Source of the DNA: Haplodiscus bocki
Lineage: Eukaryota
NCBI GenBank assembly: GCA_965655095.1
Contig: OZ296651.1
Coordinates: 53,754,001-53,818,000, forward strand
DNA length: 64,000 nucleotides
Direction of reading: 5' to 3'
Numbering within the stretch: position 1 is the first letter of the stretch; each line of letters starts with the position of its first letter. The notes beneath the pieces are model-generated. The model had not been told where the DNA came from and searched no databases. It saw nothing but the letters and a program-made list of their open reading frames with translations. The position numbers were made by a program, and so were the translations under genes. Positions 32,201 through 46,054 of this stretch are shown piece after piece.

Positions 32201-35200
32201 GCTTCACTGAGATTTGTGAACATCTTACCGAGGGCACAGAATTCACAAAATCAATTGAACAGGCCCTGACAGGAGCTGGAGTTTCGAAAAGCGAAAAAGA
32301 AATCTTCTCAAAATGATATCAATTTAGGTACTGACGAGCAGTAACAGCGAAGTTTCACAAGAGATTCCAACAGGATTAATTCAGATAATTGACGGCTGAA
32401 TAGCAGCGCTTCATAGTTGAAATAAAAAACAAAGTCAGAATCGCAGAAAAGTTCAATCAGGAACACCTTTATGAGATTTTCTTAGTCAGCGGAGAAGTTG
32501 ATATAAAGTCAATTCGGTGGAATTACAAAAAAACTGGCAGCAACGACCCATCAGGCAGTCTGTTATGCAAAAATCAATTCGAGACCATACATCGGACCTA
32601 CTCAATGTTTACCGTTGAGAAAACTAAAGACACCTACTTACAATTTGGCTATGAAAAAAATGACGAGGAATTGTGATGAAGAAACAACGAGAACGATTAG
32701 CTCGAGTTGAGTTGGTTCCAGTTTTTGATAAAAAAGTAATAGGCTCGAATCACCTAAATTCGGGCAACAAATGAGATGTCATCACTTCTAAAACGAAAAA
32801 AGACTCGTTTTCGTTTTCTCTCAGGTAAAAAAGCTCTAAAGTTATCATGAGGCTATTTGTGAAACAAAAAACTTTCGAGCTTAGTTTTCTTTCTGCTCTT
32901 AAGCAGGTTTTGCTCAAATGGCTATGAAGATGAGTTCTGTTTTCTTTCAACTGTAGCAAAGAAAAAAAATTCTTTCAGGAAATCGAGATAAATTTCTGTA
33001 TACCGATTGACATTTAACACTACTGTTTCAACTATGCACTCCAAAGTTGAAGAAGTGGTGTTTTACAATCCAGTGGTCTTCATGGTCTAAACGGAGGTGC
33101 AACAAAGATTCTACCGGTGGAGGACGCTATCAACAAGGCCAGCAAAAATGGAGCTGCTGAAAGTCTTCAATATCTGTTTTTTGTCAAGAGGGTGGATGTA
33201 TACGAAGTGGCTCTGGCTTCCAACCCGGGGCAAAACTTGGATCTCAGGACCAAAGCCCACGCCGCGCCTTATCAATGGGAAGCTCCCAGAAAGGACTTGG
33301 TGTCACTTCAGAAGAAGTTAGAATGTTTCTCGGGGTAGCTGCAGCTATGGATAGAGACGGCCAAGTAGCGCCAGCTAAATCTCGACGAACATTGCTGAAC
33401 CAGTTGGTGAGCTGAGAGATCGATTAAGTCTTTGGTGTGGACAAACTGGACCAGCGTAAATAACGGGTGTAATCTGTGCTCGACCAACTATGCATCGAGA
33501 ATGGAACCGTTGTGTTTCTTGATCAGAAGTTGAACTCGAAGGAAAAGGCTGCAAAAAAGGGCGACTCTAAATCATCATGACATATCGACGGTATCGCACG
33601 ACCCGTTTGTGGAGCTAAGTTCAAAGGGGTTGGGAGAGCTGAGTTTGGTGTGCCATCGATGAGGTGTTTGATCGCCTACCGTGCAACCACTGCTTTTCAT
33701 GTGACCCAGACGACGGGATGACTAGCTAAGATGACGAATGCGAAGCTGCTGACCAAATCCTGAAACTCAAAAACCATCAAAAATACTTGAATATTTTCTT
33801 TGTCTACGTAGGCAGCTGGTTGAGGGATAATTCCTTTGCCGTGGCCCATGCTCCGTTGCTCTGTTGTTCTGTTCGTTTTCCTTTTTAAGGCTAACCTATA
33901 CTTCGGAGGGTTACAATATAGGACACCGAAAAGAAAGTATGAAAAAATTTGTTGAAAAAGTTTACGTAAAATTATTGTCTAATTTATTACCTGGACAAAA
34001 AATAAAACTTCTGTAACAAATCATGAATCGGGGTTGTCTGGTTCCACAAGTTTCTTATAGAAACTATCGGGTTTCGACAGTGGGTAAAACTTTCTAAGAC
34101 AGGTGTCCGTCGGGTTCCGAAAACTCAGCTACACAACAGCACGAGCGATTCCGATAAGGGCGAGTTTCGTTAAACATTGATGGAGATAAACATATATTAG
34201 TGAATTGAGAAGTAGGCCATTTCTTGAAGTGCCTTAGATTGTCTCATCTAATTTTGCTCTCAAATTCGACGCCTTCAATTTTAAAAAAATGCCTAGATCA
34301 TTCACTTTCTCTTCGTTCAACTCAACTATCCAAATCTTTGAAGCCTACGGTTTTCAAAGTCCAAAAAATGCCAGAGCTGTATTCTTCAACGCTAGCGGAA
34401 CATTTAAGAGATGGTTCTTCTGAAAAACTGTTCACGCTTACGCCGAAATTACACGAGCGGAAGGAATCTTTAAGTTTTGTTGATGACTGGTAAAATACGT
34501 TATGACCGAAAAAAGAAAAGTAGATGATTTTAAAAAGAATATCAATTGGTTCATTCTTATTCCGAACCAAGTGTGTCTTACGTTAATTAAAAACTAATGA
34601 CTGGTCGTCTCGACGTCAGAAAATCCGGCATTAAAGAAACAACCCATTTGGGTAGCGCTCGAAAAAGGGCTGGAGGAAAACATCTGTATACCTAATCCAT
34701 TACATTTGTACTAGTATTGACTCATTTAAGAGCTCTTAGTCAGTCCTGTAACTGAACAGAGTGTAATAAATCTCTATTTCAAATAAGCCTAGCTCGTCCT
34801 CAAACATGACAACGATCATAAAAAGGAACAACCGGAAATTCTCTACTTAAGGTTAAGAAAATTTCCTGCAATGGAATGGCTGACATCAACAACTGAAATC
34901 AACGCCGGTAGTAAAAAAGTTGTTGGATTTTTCAATTAATTCGCAGCAAAGGATGGAGGTTGTCACTACTCGCTGGACCACTTCCTAGAATCAACAAATT
35001 GGGCCATTACTGGAACGCTCTGACTTCAAAATTGAGATTTCTTCTTTAACAAATCTTTCCTGGAGCTTTAAACAAGAAAATGAGAGATCAACAACATCAC
35101 TCCAAGGCTCATTTTTTCAAAGAACCACGCTATCACGACAAAAGCTGAAATTTTGTTGTTTTGGGCTTGTGTTAGTGCAGCGCTCATGTTGTTATGGCAT

Positions 35201-36077
35201 AGTTTCAATGGTTGGGCTCCCCATCTTCTCTCTGATATGTCACTACCACTCAAAAGATTTCACACCAGAAATCAAATTGAAGGGCCAAACAGTAAACAAA
35301 TCTGACTAACACACATTCGGAGGAGTCCAGTAGGTAGCATGGGAGTAATTTCATACTGGAATGCCTTCAGATGATTGAAACTTCTCTGGAAAACAATGAG
35401 CTTGGTATCTCTGGCGCATTGTCATAACGCTGACTTTAACGGGTTTTTTGGGTTGGTGTTACGGCGTGATCTTCTTCACCGACGTCTTGAAGATCTGTTC
35501 ATGTTTCAGGAATAATTTTGAATTATACCTTATTTTTTTATTTTGTCTAAGAGTGACGCAAACTAGATTGATCAAAAACGACAAGTGTTGTTTACAAATG
35601 TTTGGAGACAATTACATAAGCATGGAAGACATTTCAGGAAATCATGAGCGGTTGAATTTCTGTACAAAACACCGAGTTTTTACATACTTGACTTATGAGA
35701 TACCAGGAGATGTCGCAGAGTTGGTGCATCGGACGAACCAGTGTTGTTGACCATTTCTCCTGTCAAGGCATAAGTGGAGAGGTCCCAAACTACAAGTTGC
35801 TGATGGAAGCCAGCTGAGAGATATCACTGATTTATGACGAATAATAAAGATCAACAGAAGCAATAGTACAAAGTAAAGCAAATAGGAACTGATTGTAGGG
35901 GTGGCAGGGTTTTTTTGGGGCTGGCTGAGAGACAAAGAACCTTTGAGAGTAATGTAAGAAGTCTGGCAAGGACACATTCCTTGTGAAAAAGGAAGCAAAA
36001 TTGCATTCAGTTTCAACAAAGGAGAGGTAATATTTCCTGCACTTGTAGTCGAACGGAAAGATGCAGGGTATATATAT

Positions 36078-37669
36078 TCCTGGAACAGCTACGGAACAAG
36101 TCCGAACCTTTGGGTTCAGAATAAATTCATCGAGTTTAGTCAAGGCATTCAAAATGCGCGACTCCGTCCGGCTAAATTCCTGGAACTTTTTCTAGTGACC
36201 CACCCTTCAATTTCGTCAGAAACCTGGGTGATGTACTCGTCAGCCATCCCCGGATTACGTGTGTTTTGTGACTGATTGTTCCTTGTATTTTCTGGTATTT
36301 CTCTCAAAACTGCCGCTAACTTTTTCTTATTCCTCAATGTTGCCATGATTCTGAGGGAAAAGCTTCGTCAGTTGTGAAGACTGAATTGATTTTTATTTCA
36401 TAACAAAAACTGTCGATCTCCTCTATGATGAGGGAAAAGGTCTCAATAAAAGCGAACAGTTAACAATGTAGAATTTTAGTATATTACCGCAAAGACTACA
36501 AGTTATCTAATATTAATAGTACTTTCGTTTCTTCTATTTATACTTTTTTCTTGGCGGGAAACATAAAATTTTACACGCCAATTCAAGGTACAAATAGGGA
36601 AAAGTACTTTAATTATATTATCTAAAAAGGAGAAATGCCGACTCTGGCGGAAAAAAAACACCTCTCCGTCTGCTTCTTCTTTCACAGACCTCGTCCTTTC
36701 CATCTTTCGACAGAAAAATGTACGGGTCTAATCCGTCAGAAATGCACATCAAATTGGTTATTCCCGCGCGGACACCACAAATAATAACATAAACAAAAGA
36801 TCAAAATGATTTTCTGTAAGAAGAAATTACTAAAAATTGCACCAAATACAAATAGAATACATAAAATAAACTACATAAAAAAGATGGACAAGGTTCATGT
36901 TTACATGTGTTTACATATTGCATCGATTGAATCCACTGCTGTGAACAAAACTAGGCTTTTTCCTAGTCCGTTTCACATTTCTACCAGCTCGCGCCTCAGT
37001 TTGGCCGAAGTGCTCCGGAACGACCACGTAGCCGTTTGTAGCACTGCTCTCCGCAGTGCTACTGAGAAGAACGAAATGGGTGGCTACGTAACCTTCCGTG
37101 TTCGTCCAAATTGACACAGCGTAGTAGCACAGCGGATAGGCCTGAATTCTAGTGACGTCACCAGATTGGTTATGACGGAACACATACGGAACATATTTTC
37201 ACTTTTAAAGTCACGCTCTGTAATTATAGCTATAATAGATATTGCAAACTTGTTGACATTGTCAATATTGATTTTATTTACTGCGCAAGTCAATTCAAAA
37301 AGGTGGATTTTTATAAAAAATAGCTAAATTAGATATAAAAATAGCATCTATTGTTGATATAAAGATACAGTAGGGAAAGCAAATGAATATCCGTTTGCTC
37401 CGTAGCTGCTCCGTCCCAATCTGGATCAGTATACCAGAATTGTACGTATGGGATTCCTCATTTTTACATGAATTGCTTAATATGGAACAATACGTAACCA
37501 CCACGTATCGTTTACATGATATAAAATGTAATGAATGGTATTATGAGTTTATCAGCATGTATATGTAAAGTTTGAGTGTTTGTAGAAATTCAGTCTTTAG
37601 TAGACGGGCCTGGAATTTACTTTGCCCGGGGAATGATTTTTCTGCAGGCTTGGCAGACATTCTGCGACA
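36078..37669 (-). mobile_element. Diverged solo LTR of the element B lineage, 3'-truncated
   Basis: Starts TGTCGCAG at 37669 (minus); shares LTR blocks (TCTGACGGATTAGACCCGT, CCGCCAGAGTCGGCATTT) and the MATLRNKKKLAAV...YITQVSDEIEG ORF. Confidence 0.88.
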
Positions 37670-39259
37670 AAGAGGGTAAATCCATTTGTTAATTTCGTAA
37701 AGCCTAAAACAGTTTACTCAAACAGAACTGTGTTTGATTGAAAAAAACGTTTGGTTAAACTGGTATCAATAAAACTGATTGCTTGAAGGAAATTTTCCCT
37801 GATGCTCGTTTTCACTCAGTATATTCGACGGGTGCCCTACTTGGACATCTGCGGTGTTTGAAAAAGGACCAGGTGAACATGCCTTGAGTTCATGAAAATT
37901 GGACTGTTTGCCTGGAACTTATACTCCATTGTGTTTTACCAATCATTCGAAGCCTAAAAACTTAAGTTTGGTTGTAATCGCAACTGTAGAAGAGCTAAGT
38001 AATGTCTTTTAGTGATATATTTGTGATTACGAGGGAATCTTTGGCTAAGATCCTTCACCTCGTTTTGTATTTTTTAGTGCTGTCGCTGCTTCAGTTGATC
38101 ATTTCTCACCAATTTTACTAATATTTCTTCGTAAGCTGAACTCTGGCACCCTAGCTGCCATAGTCTTCAATAAATCCTACTTCCATTGTCTTGCCTCCAT
38201 GAGGGAAATATGAGATATCTGCATATCCCTAAACTTACGGTATGTTTTATATGTATGAAGCCATTATCATTACTAAGATCTTAATGCAAGTTCTGCAGCC
38301 AAAAAACGCATGGAGGTATAAAGGCAATTATGTTCTATTACTTCCTTTACCCGGTATGAACGCGATTTATGTATTATGTAAACAACAATAGAAATTATGT
38401 AGAAAGTATTGCTGAGCATATAAAAGCATCGCTATCCATCCATAACCAATGTGCTGGAACAATTCGATGAAAATGATAGTATCCGATGAAGACTTAAAGT
38501 AACTAGAACTAACATAGAAGACACCAGAATGCTCCAACCGGAATACCATAAGCCATTATGAGTGCCCTCTGTAGCAGCCAAATTAGTAGGATAATGAAAG
38601 AGGCGGAATAGATTTTCATCGCAAAAAATCAGGTTGATGTTTCATGCTATTAATTCATTAGGAACAAGACGTACAAGTTGCAATCATTAAACAGAGAATG
38701 GTGAAGGACATTATGGGCACATAAGCGAACAACGGACGTGATTAATGGAAAAAACAAAATTCATCGGGTTACACCCGACAACTGTAAAGCTCTGACTGTG
38801 CCTTTGAGAGTATTTTAAATTTTCGTCGGTTTGAAAACCTTACGCATAGACTACTAGACTGTTCAAAATACATCCCTTTTCACTAGCAGGATGAAAGTCG
38901 TGACTTAATGTGATTTATTGATAACATTATATGCTGAAAACTTCACTTAGCATCTTTATTCAACGGTTCGATGCAGTTTTGACCTAACTCAATGATGCAT
39001 GAACCGTAGCAGAGCTATAACATTTGCTCTTTTAAAAAACATCGGAATTCATTGAACATAAGACCCAGCAGACTTTAAATTACGAATTACAAGAGTAGAT
39101 AAAAACGAAATGATGAAATCCGATGAAAACTGAAGTAGCTTCAAGTTTACGTAGATCAATGATGAAAACAATATTAATGCAGGAGGAAATGCGCTGATTC
39201 CGTAAGTTTCATTTGGTTCAAATTTTTCACTTGTGTGATTGATATATTTGCTAAAGTCC

Positions 39260-40008
39260 GCCATGTTGAATTTATGCAAATTCAATGTTGAATTTATTGC
39301 AACAATTTTGCATAATTGCCATGTTATATACGCGTAGCCCCTACGGTTGCAGTTGATTCGCGTTTCCCACCCTAATTATATAATTACTGATATAGCTAAA
39401 AAACCAATCAGAACTCACCGATGGTATGAAACTGTCTTACCATCATCACGTGACGACGCCGATCCACCGAGGACCAACACAATGTGTGCGCAATAGGAAA
39501 CTTAGCTCGCGCTTGCCATAACGACAACGTACTTTCACACGGTGCTGATTTACTCAATTTTGACCAGCTTAGTTTGGATCAACTCTACCTACAATTCCAT
39601 TGATTTGCATCTTTTGTCAACTTGCTCAAATATTGGCTTTTGTAAGCAGCCAAATAACATCCAAATTCTTATTAAATTCAAGTCTTAAAATTTCCGAAGA
39701 GTACAGAGAACTTAGGAATGGTAATTGGTATTACACCTCTGCAAAGCGCACAATGAGTGATAACGGTAGCATTGCAGAAAAGGTAACCGGAAATTCATCG
39801 GAAAATGTCAAAGGATGAGCTTCCGAGATTCAAACGTTGACCCACGAAGCGGTCAACGAGCAAACTAGAGGGTTTATCGCTCTCCTAACCCGCCAGCTAG
39901 AGGAGTTGACTCGGCCGGGCCAAGGAATGGTGACCACACAGCATCCGGACTACTACCCCAGGATTGATTTTGGTACCACTTCTGGTACAGTCATATATCA
40001 AATCGACA
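39260..40008 (+). mobile_element. Possible solo LTR fragment of another Gypsy family
   Basis: CCAATCAG and TCACGTGAC motifs, a decayed coiled-coil ORF (NEQTRGFIALLTRQLEELTR) near the 3' end, and a CGACA terminus at 40008, the same layout as element B LTRs; 5' boundary not found. Confidence 0.4.
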
Positions 40009-43000
40009 TCCATTCAACAGGAAAAATAGCTTCTTTGCGAATATTTAGTTGTGCATCTGCGTTGCATCTTTCTAGGGGCATTAATTTGCTCTCTTCATGT
40101 ACTTTTCCTTCTCGGATAGTATACATATATGCAAATCTTAGAAGCGTTTCGTTCGCTCAATATAGTTTTGTATTAGCGTGACTCTGATGAACACACTCCC
40201 CCTGAATGAATTTTCCGGTCTTGAACATCTGAACTACCGGATATGATTAATGACTTTGCATCTTTTCTGCAGAAATCGAGAAGCAGTAGGCCATACAATC
40301 TTTCATAGTATTCCCAGTCGATTCGGGTTCCTGGATCTGACAGCTGCAGAAACTCAAAGGAATAGTATTTTGACAGTACATTGCATTGTAAAGGGGAATC
40401 CGTGGTTAAAGACTTGAACCGAATGATCCAGTTAGAAGATACAATCGACGAAGTTGGTATGGCAAATCGATTGAGGGCCCAAGGATATCTATGGAAAACG
40501 GATTGCGGAGATTGAGTGGCAGTCTTTAACGAAAAGCGGTCTTATAAAAATGCAAGACGGTTGTATTGGCAAGCAAAGGCCTGTTGGCAAGCAGCAGAAT
40601 TAAGAAGAAAAGGTTCATCATCAAAGTAAACTTATTGAAGACGTTTAAAGCTTGGATTGTTGACACATACTGCTACTGACCAGGATCGTACAACCACTCC
40701 TACAAGTTGGGAACCGACCACTACACGTTACACTCTCCCACACCGGAGAACTTTCGAAGACAAACAAATTCAGCCAATCCTTGGTCTCATGGACGAAAAC
40801 CATAGCACTACTGACTACCTTCCGGGCAAAAAAGACCACTTCAGCAAGCGTTCTGAGAAGCGGTAGGCAATGAGAGCATTGCTTGTTGATTCAACATGGA
40901 CAAATATAATAAATCAGTGCATGCAAAAACATTGACTTTCAGTTGAATTTTGTACAAATGCATATAGACCAACAAGAAAAAATTGAAGAAAATGAGCAAA
41001 TTGTTGGTAATGTATCAACGGACCTCTGAATGAACAATACAAATTTGATGAATGATTCTTGACAAGTTTAGGAGCTGGAAAATTGGGCAACCTCGGTCGT
41101 GGGCAAGCTGAATTGACAACTGGGCAATAGTTTGCGCGTAAGCCAACCAATAAGTTTTCGGGACAATATTAAGGACATAATATTTCATGCATAGCCTCAA
41201 AAAGAGCGCTTCACATGATATTATGAATACGTTCTATGTTTTATGAAATGCCTCTGGGATGCAGAACTTTACTGTCTGCATCGAACAAAGTTCAATGACA
41301 GAGTTTATGTGAAAACTCCCACTACCGTAGAATAACATCAATACGTTAAAATTGATTGCTTCCTTTAACGAGAGCAATCCCGGTTGCCGCAACATCACCA
41401 ATCAGATGCCGTCCTGGTGGCTCATCCCAGTCCCAAGTGACTTCGCTTGCTGTCTTTGCTTTTGGAAGAAGCCAGCCTAGAACCTCGAATCCAATGCAGT
41501 GGTGAGTTCATCCGCCAGGTAGATTGTGCTACTACTGCCCAAACACAAGGAACCGGCAAAATTTTGTCAAACTATTCACTGAAAACTACTTTGCCACTCT
41601 GCAATTCCTTTGGGTTACTTTGAACGGAGTGAATATTGGGAAAATTATGTCGCAGTCAGACTAGTCTGACCCGAAGTCGCGAAAAAGAAATAACTTTTCC
41701 CATAGTAGATCAGACTTTAAATCATTTTGAGGAGCAGAAACACTTTATCTGTTTTGAACGGTTTGGCAGCTTTTGCCTTTCAATGCGTGGTAGTGAGGGT
41801 TGCTGGCTGCAACTTAATTATGACACGATTTTTTGCTGATGCAATTATGATAATTAGGAATGGGCTTTTTTTCAAGGGCGTACAGGGCGAACTATTTAAG
41901 CTGTCCAGTTACCACTCTTTCCTAATTCTTATCACACTTCAAGAGGTCACGAACAAGATCCTCATCTCCGTTTTACGTTTTTCTCATACAAACCTTGACA
42001 TATTCCGAAAGTGCACCTACCAACTGAGCTTGAATTAATTGATATTTTGACCCTTCAGTGTTGGGCCGTTGCAGGCTTGTTAATATTGCTAGTGCGTGAA
42101 TTGGAAAAACTGCGTTGCTATATATTTTTTTCAGGAGTACCTGAGAGTTTGACCATTTTGAGCATGCGTTTGATTTTGCATCTTCATTTCGACTCCGTCA
42201 GATGTGTGTAACGAAGGACGTAAAAAACTAATAGATTTTTTTTACTTTTTTTTCTTATAAACATTACTATCGATTAATCTCTGTTTTGAAGTGATCTGTT
42301 GCATATACTAGCAAAAAAATGTTCAATTTCTGCACACTTATCACCGACAGGTTAACCTCGTTTTTCTGCTCTAGCAAACTTTTTGACGGCGTTGCTCTAT
42401 TGATAACCAAACCTGTCTCCACTAATTCGATTTTGTGCATTTCAGATCCCGAGTCGATTTTTTTTCGTGCCACGCCGTTATTGCCACGCGCTCAACATTG
42501 AAAAAGTTTCATAGAAGTTCAAGATAAGCGGAATTTTGGTAAGAAACGCCGGTAATATTACCGATATCTTAGAGTTATGTTAATGTCGTTCGATTGTCAC
42601 CTCTGAAAGTTTCTTTTTGGGAAAATCTATGAGGGGCCGCTACTGTCATAAAGTAGAACGTCAATTAACTTATTAACATAATGCACTTCGATGGGTTTGG
42701 GTCTCAAAATAATGAAAATGTTTGTGTTGGTTGAAAATCTGTGAACTTTATGTTGCATATATGTTATCATATTATCAATTCATTAGACTTTATGATTGAA
42801 TCCCGGAGTTTTTCTCGATTAAGTTTCTCTTCTCATTTTCAATCTCTGGAAGGAGGCACTTTTCCAGGGTATGACACAAACAATGTCACCAATCACGAAA
42901 AAAGGTTTCGACCAAAATTTAAATCAAAGTCTATGAGAAAGTCTGTTAGCGGGGAGACTTTTGCTACGAAACGTCGGTTTCCACCGCTAATTTGATGAGT

Positions 43001-43547
43001 TACCAGGCTTTCCTCTTTTCTGGTTACCTATGCGCCTTTATCGTAGAAAATTTTGGGACAAAAGTTGGAGCTGATATAAGTTTTCTAACACAATTTCCCT
43101 GATTACATAGTGGTTTTTGGGTGCTGGACTTTTGAAGCACCATCAAAAATTCGGGAAAAAAATGTGTTTCAGGATAATCCCATGATTATCGAAGAAAAGT
43201 TATTTATTCCCCCCGAAAACCTCAACTTCCGGAGGAATACACCAAAAACGACGTTATTGCATATTGCCGATGACACTGCGTTAATCCAAATACTTGCAAC
43301 TAGCTTGGTAACTTTTTGTTACTCACTTCTTATTCAATCTGTTTCGAACCCAGTAAGCCTAAAAGAGCTCCCTATTGTAGTTCTAGAAAGTTTTGAGTCC
43401 AAAAAATCATGTTTTTTGGGAAAAGTCTCAATAGGTAGAGCAAAACAATTCTGCTGCTTTTGCAATTTATTGAAATAGGGAGGAAGTAATTTTGTACCTT
43501 CGATTCGACTCTGAGCTATTCAAGGTAGCCAAAGTGATTTATTTTTA

Positions 43548-44017
43548 TCAATTGCTAGGATTCATCAGGGTAAGTTCTCCAGGGAACTGAATTTGGAAAT
43601 CTCGAGAGCATACGTAGAACTGGGCAGTGAAACTGTTGTCCTGTTCAGCGAATCCTCCAGACCCGAATACAACGTGATCCTTCCGGTCAGATCCTCTAGG
43701 AAGGCTTCCATACATCGTCTCTCCATTCTCGATCTCAAACTTCATGTCGGAGCTCTGGTACTTGCCGGTAGTTGCGTTGAAACCCATTCCGGAGAAGAGT
43801 TTGAGCCCAGAAGTGCTCACACCATGGTGTTGCAACAGGTTGAAGATGAACCTCAGTTCGCTTTTGCTCTTGGGATAAGTGAGCATGGCATCATGACCCT
43901 CGCATGCAGTCATGTGGTTATCGAATGTCTTGGCTTCCTCGAAAGCCCCGATGATGTAACACCGAAGTTGGGCGAACGAGATGTCGCCGTGCATGTCACC
44001 ACAGTGAACGCGAGGGT
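43548..44017 (-). CDS. Probable terminal exon of a host gene encoding a divergent C-type lectin-like domain
   Basis: Pattern C...RCY...KTFDNHMTACEGHDAMLTYPKSKSELRFI...LFSG...FYVC; GC-richer than flanks; TTTAG acceptor at 44018; AATAAA at 43543-43538 just after the stop; upstream exons not found. Confidence 0.65.
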
Positions 44018-45544
44018 CTAAATAGCACATCACCTTGGTTTAAAAAACTTTTTCTTAGTACTTGGAATTTTGATTGTCTGTCCAAATATATTCTTGAGCT
44101 CTGCAATTTGGTTTCAAAAACTAGAGTTCCAAAAATTCACCATTTTAAAACGAATTTGCATAGGTGAAGTAGAACCGAAGGACAATACAAAGAAATTTAA
44201 TCAAATTAGTTTAAATCAACTTAAGCTATAAATCGAACGGGTAAACTCGATTTCAATTACTCCAGTCAAAAGAAAATTTTTGGCAATGGTGGTAAAAATT
44301 CGATTGTTCGAAAAAAAATTAAATACGGAAAGGGAGTATAAGAAAAAATTTTGGTAGTTACCCTTTTGAGTTTTTTAGTCAAAATTTTATTCAATGTAAT
44401 GCCCTATTATCAGTGACTTTTTTTTCAGCTTCACTTCTAAAACAGCAGTTTTTTTGAAAAATATACTCTTGCTGATATGGTATCCCCGTGGCCAAACCCA
44501 AAAGTATCGTTGTAAAAAACGCGTTTTCTAAATCTACTCTGCGAACAATTTGGTGTATTTTTCCTTGAAAGAAAACAAGCCGGGAACGGACCAAGTCGGC
44601 ACTGCCCGTAAAGCTCAAAATAACCTACAGTTTTTTTTGTTTTTTTTCGGGAAAATCATGGCTTTTGGGCAAAAAAGCTGGCATTATCACAAATTTTGGT
44701 GGAAAGTTTGTTGAAATTTTTTGTCAAGGATTTTTCGAAACGTTTGTCAAAAATTAAAAACTCAATAGAGACGATTTGGCTCTATATTTACTGCCTGAGA
44801 ATGTCAATAGTTCAAAAACTCAATTTTTGGCGAAATAGACAAGTTTTTGAGAAAAGCAACTATATGCTTTCTATGACAAATTGGAAGAATTTGACATAGG
44901 AAATTTTTTTATCGATCAATTTCTTTGTTGTTCAATGGGCAGAATTTATGGGGAACCCTAGTGAGACGTTCAGATAAAACATGCAAAATGCATGCATGCA
45001 TGCAGCCAAATTTGTAATAAAACATGGAAAATTGAGACATTTAGCATACATGTATTTTGAATGTTTTCGCTGCAGCAGCAAAAGTTTGTTCAAGATGTCA
45101 AGGTAATATAGAAAATGTAAACGTTCTCGCACCTCTATTGACTCAATCACTACCACTTCAGAATTGCTCATGGTTTGCTATTTCCTTGATGCTTTGACCG
45201 TTAAGCTATTATTTGCTAACATGTGACTCGGCATGGGTACTTCTGTAAACTTAATCGGTATTATTATCCCGCGAAAAGCGGGATATTGCAATCACCTTCG
45301 TGTGTCTGTCTGTTTGTTTGTTTGTTTGTTTGTTAGCAGGATTTCTCAAAAACGACTGGTCGGATTTTGATGAAATTTGGTGAGTAGGGAGGTAATGATC
45401 ATAGGAAGACCGAGTTCAAAGTTGGGCGTGATCCGGATTGAAATCCGGATCTGAGATCCGGATAACTGTTTCTCATGAACTACTGGTCAGATTTTTGGAT
45501 CAGGATTTCAATCAGATCCTGGATAAGAGTAATCAGAGGAGTAC

Positions 45545-45618
45545 TGCTCTATAGCTCAGTCGGTAAGAGCATTGTGCTAAAAACGCGAGGGTCGAGAGTT
45601 CGAAGCTCTGCGTGGACA
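45545..45618 (+). pseudogene. tRNA-Ile(AAT)-derived unit 1
   Basis: TAGCTCAGTCGGTAAGAGCA D-arm, GTGCTAAAAACGC anticodon arm, GTTCGAA T-loop; acceptor stem mismatched. Confidence 0.65.
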
Positions 45619-45816
45619 AAATTTTTTTGTTTGTTTGTTAGCAAGATTTCTCAAAATAGGAGGTAATGTATATGAACGGCTGGGTTACAATCCAGGATAT
45701 CCTGTTGGATCCTGATAACAGTTATCTGGAGATCCTGAATGGATCAGGATTTCAAGCAGATCCAGGATAATAGTAATCTGATAATAGTAATCTGATAAGA
45801 GTAACCAGATAAGTAC

Positions 45817-45890
45817 GGCCCTATAGCTCAGTCGGTAAGTGCATTGTGCTAAAAACGCGAGGCTCGAGTGTTCGAACATTTGTGTGACCA
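45817..45890 (+). pseudogene. tRNA-Ile(AAT)-derived unit 2
   Basis: As unit 1, more degenerate. Confidence 0.6.
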
Positions 45891-45958
45891 AAATTTTTTG
45901 TTTATCTGATAATAGTAATCTGATAATAGTAATCTGATAATATTAATCAGATAAGTAC

Positions 45959-46032
45959 GGCCCTATAGCTCAGTCGGTAAGAGCATTATGCTAAAAACGC
46001 GAGGGTCGAGAGTTCGAACCTCTATGTGGACA
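45959..46032 (+). pseudogene. tRNA-Ile(AAT)-derived unit 3
   Basis: GGCCCTATAGCTCAGTCGGTAAGAGCA...GAGAGTTCGAACCTCT; intact A and B boxes. Confidence 0.65.
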
Positions 46033-46054
46033 AAATTTTTTGTTTGTTTGTTTG

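Larger units (their letters stand above)
45263..46054 (+). mobile_element. Non-autonomous Helentron/DINE-1-like element, 5' part, carrying three tRNA-derived units
   Basis: 5' hairpin TATCCCGC-gaaaa-GCGGGATA, (TGTT)n, GGATTTTGATGAAATTTGG core; first ~230 bp duplicated at 46055. Confidence 0.7.

Noticed and set aside
35711-35720. TGTCGCAGAG as the missing end of the 36078-37669 solo LTR
   Set aside because: Flanks (GGAGA vs AAGAG) do not form a TSD and the intervening sequence does not resemble the LTR
45545-46032. Functional tRNA genes (Ile or Phe-AAA)
   Set aside because: Acceptor stems mismatched, copies degenerate and embedded in a transposon
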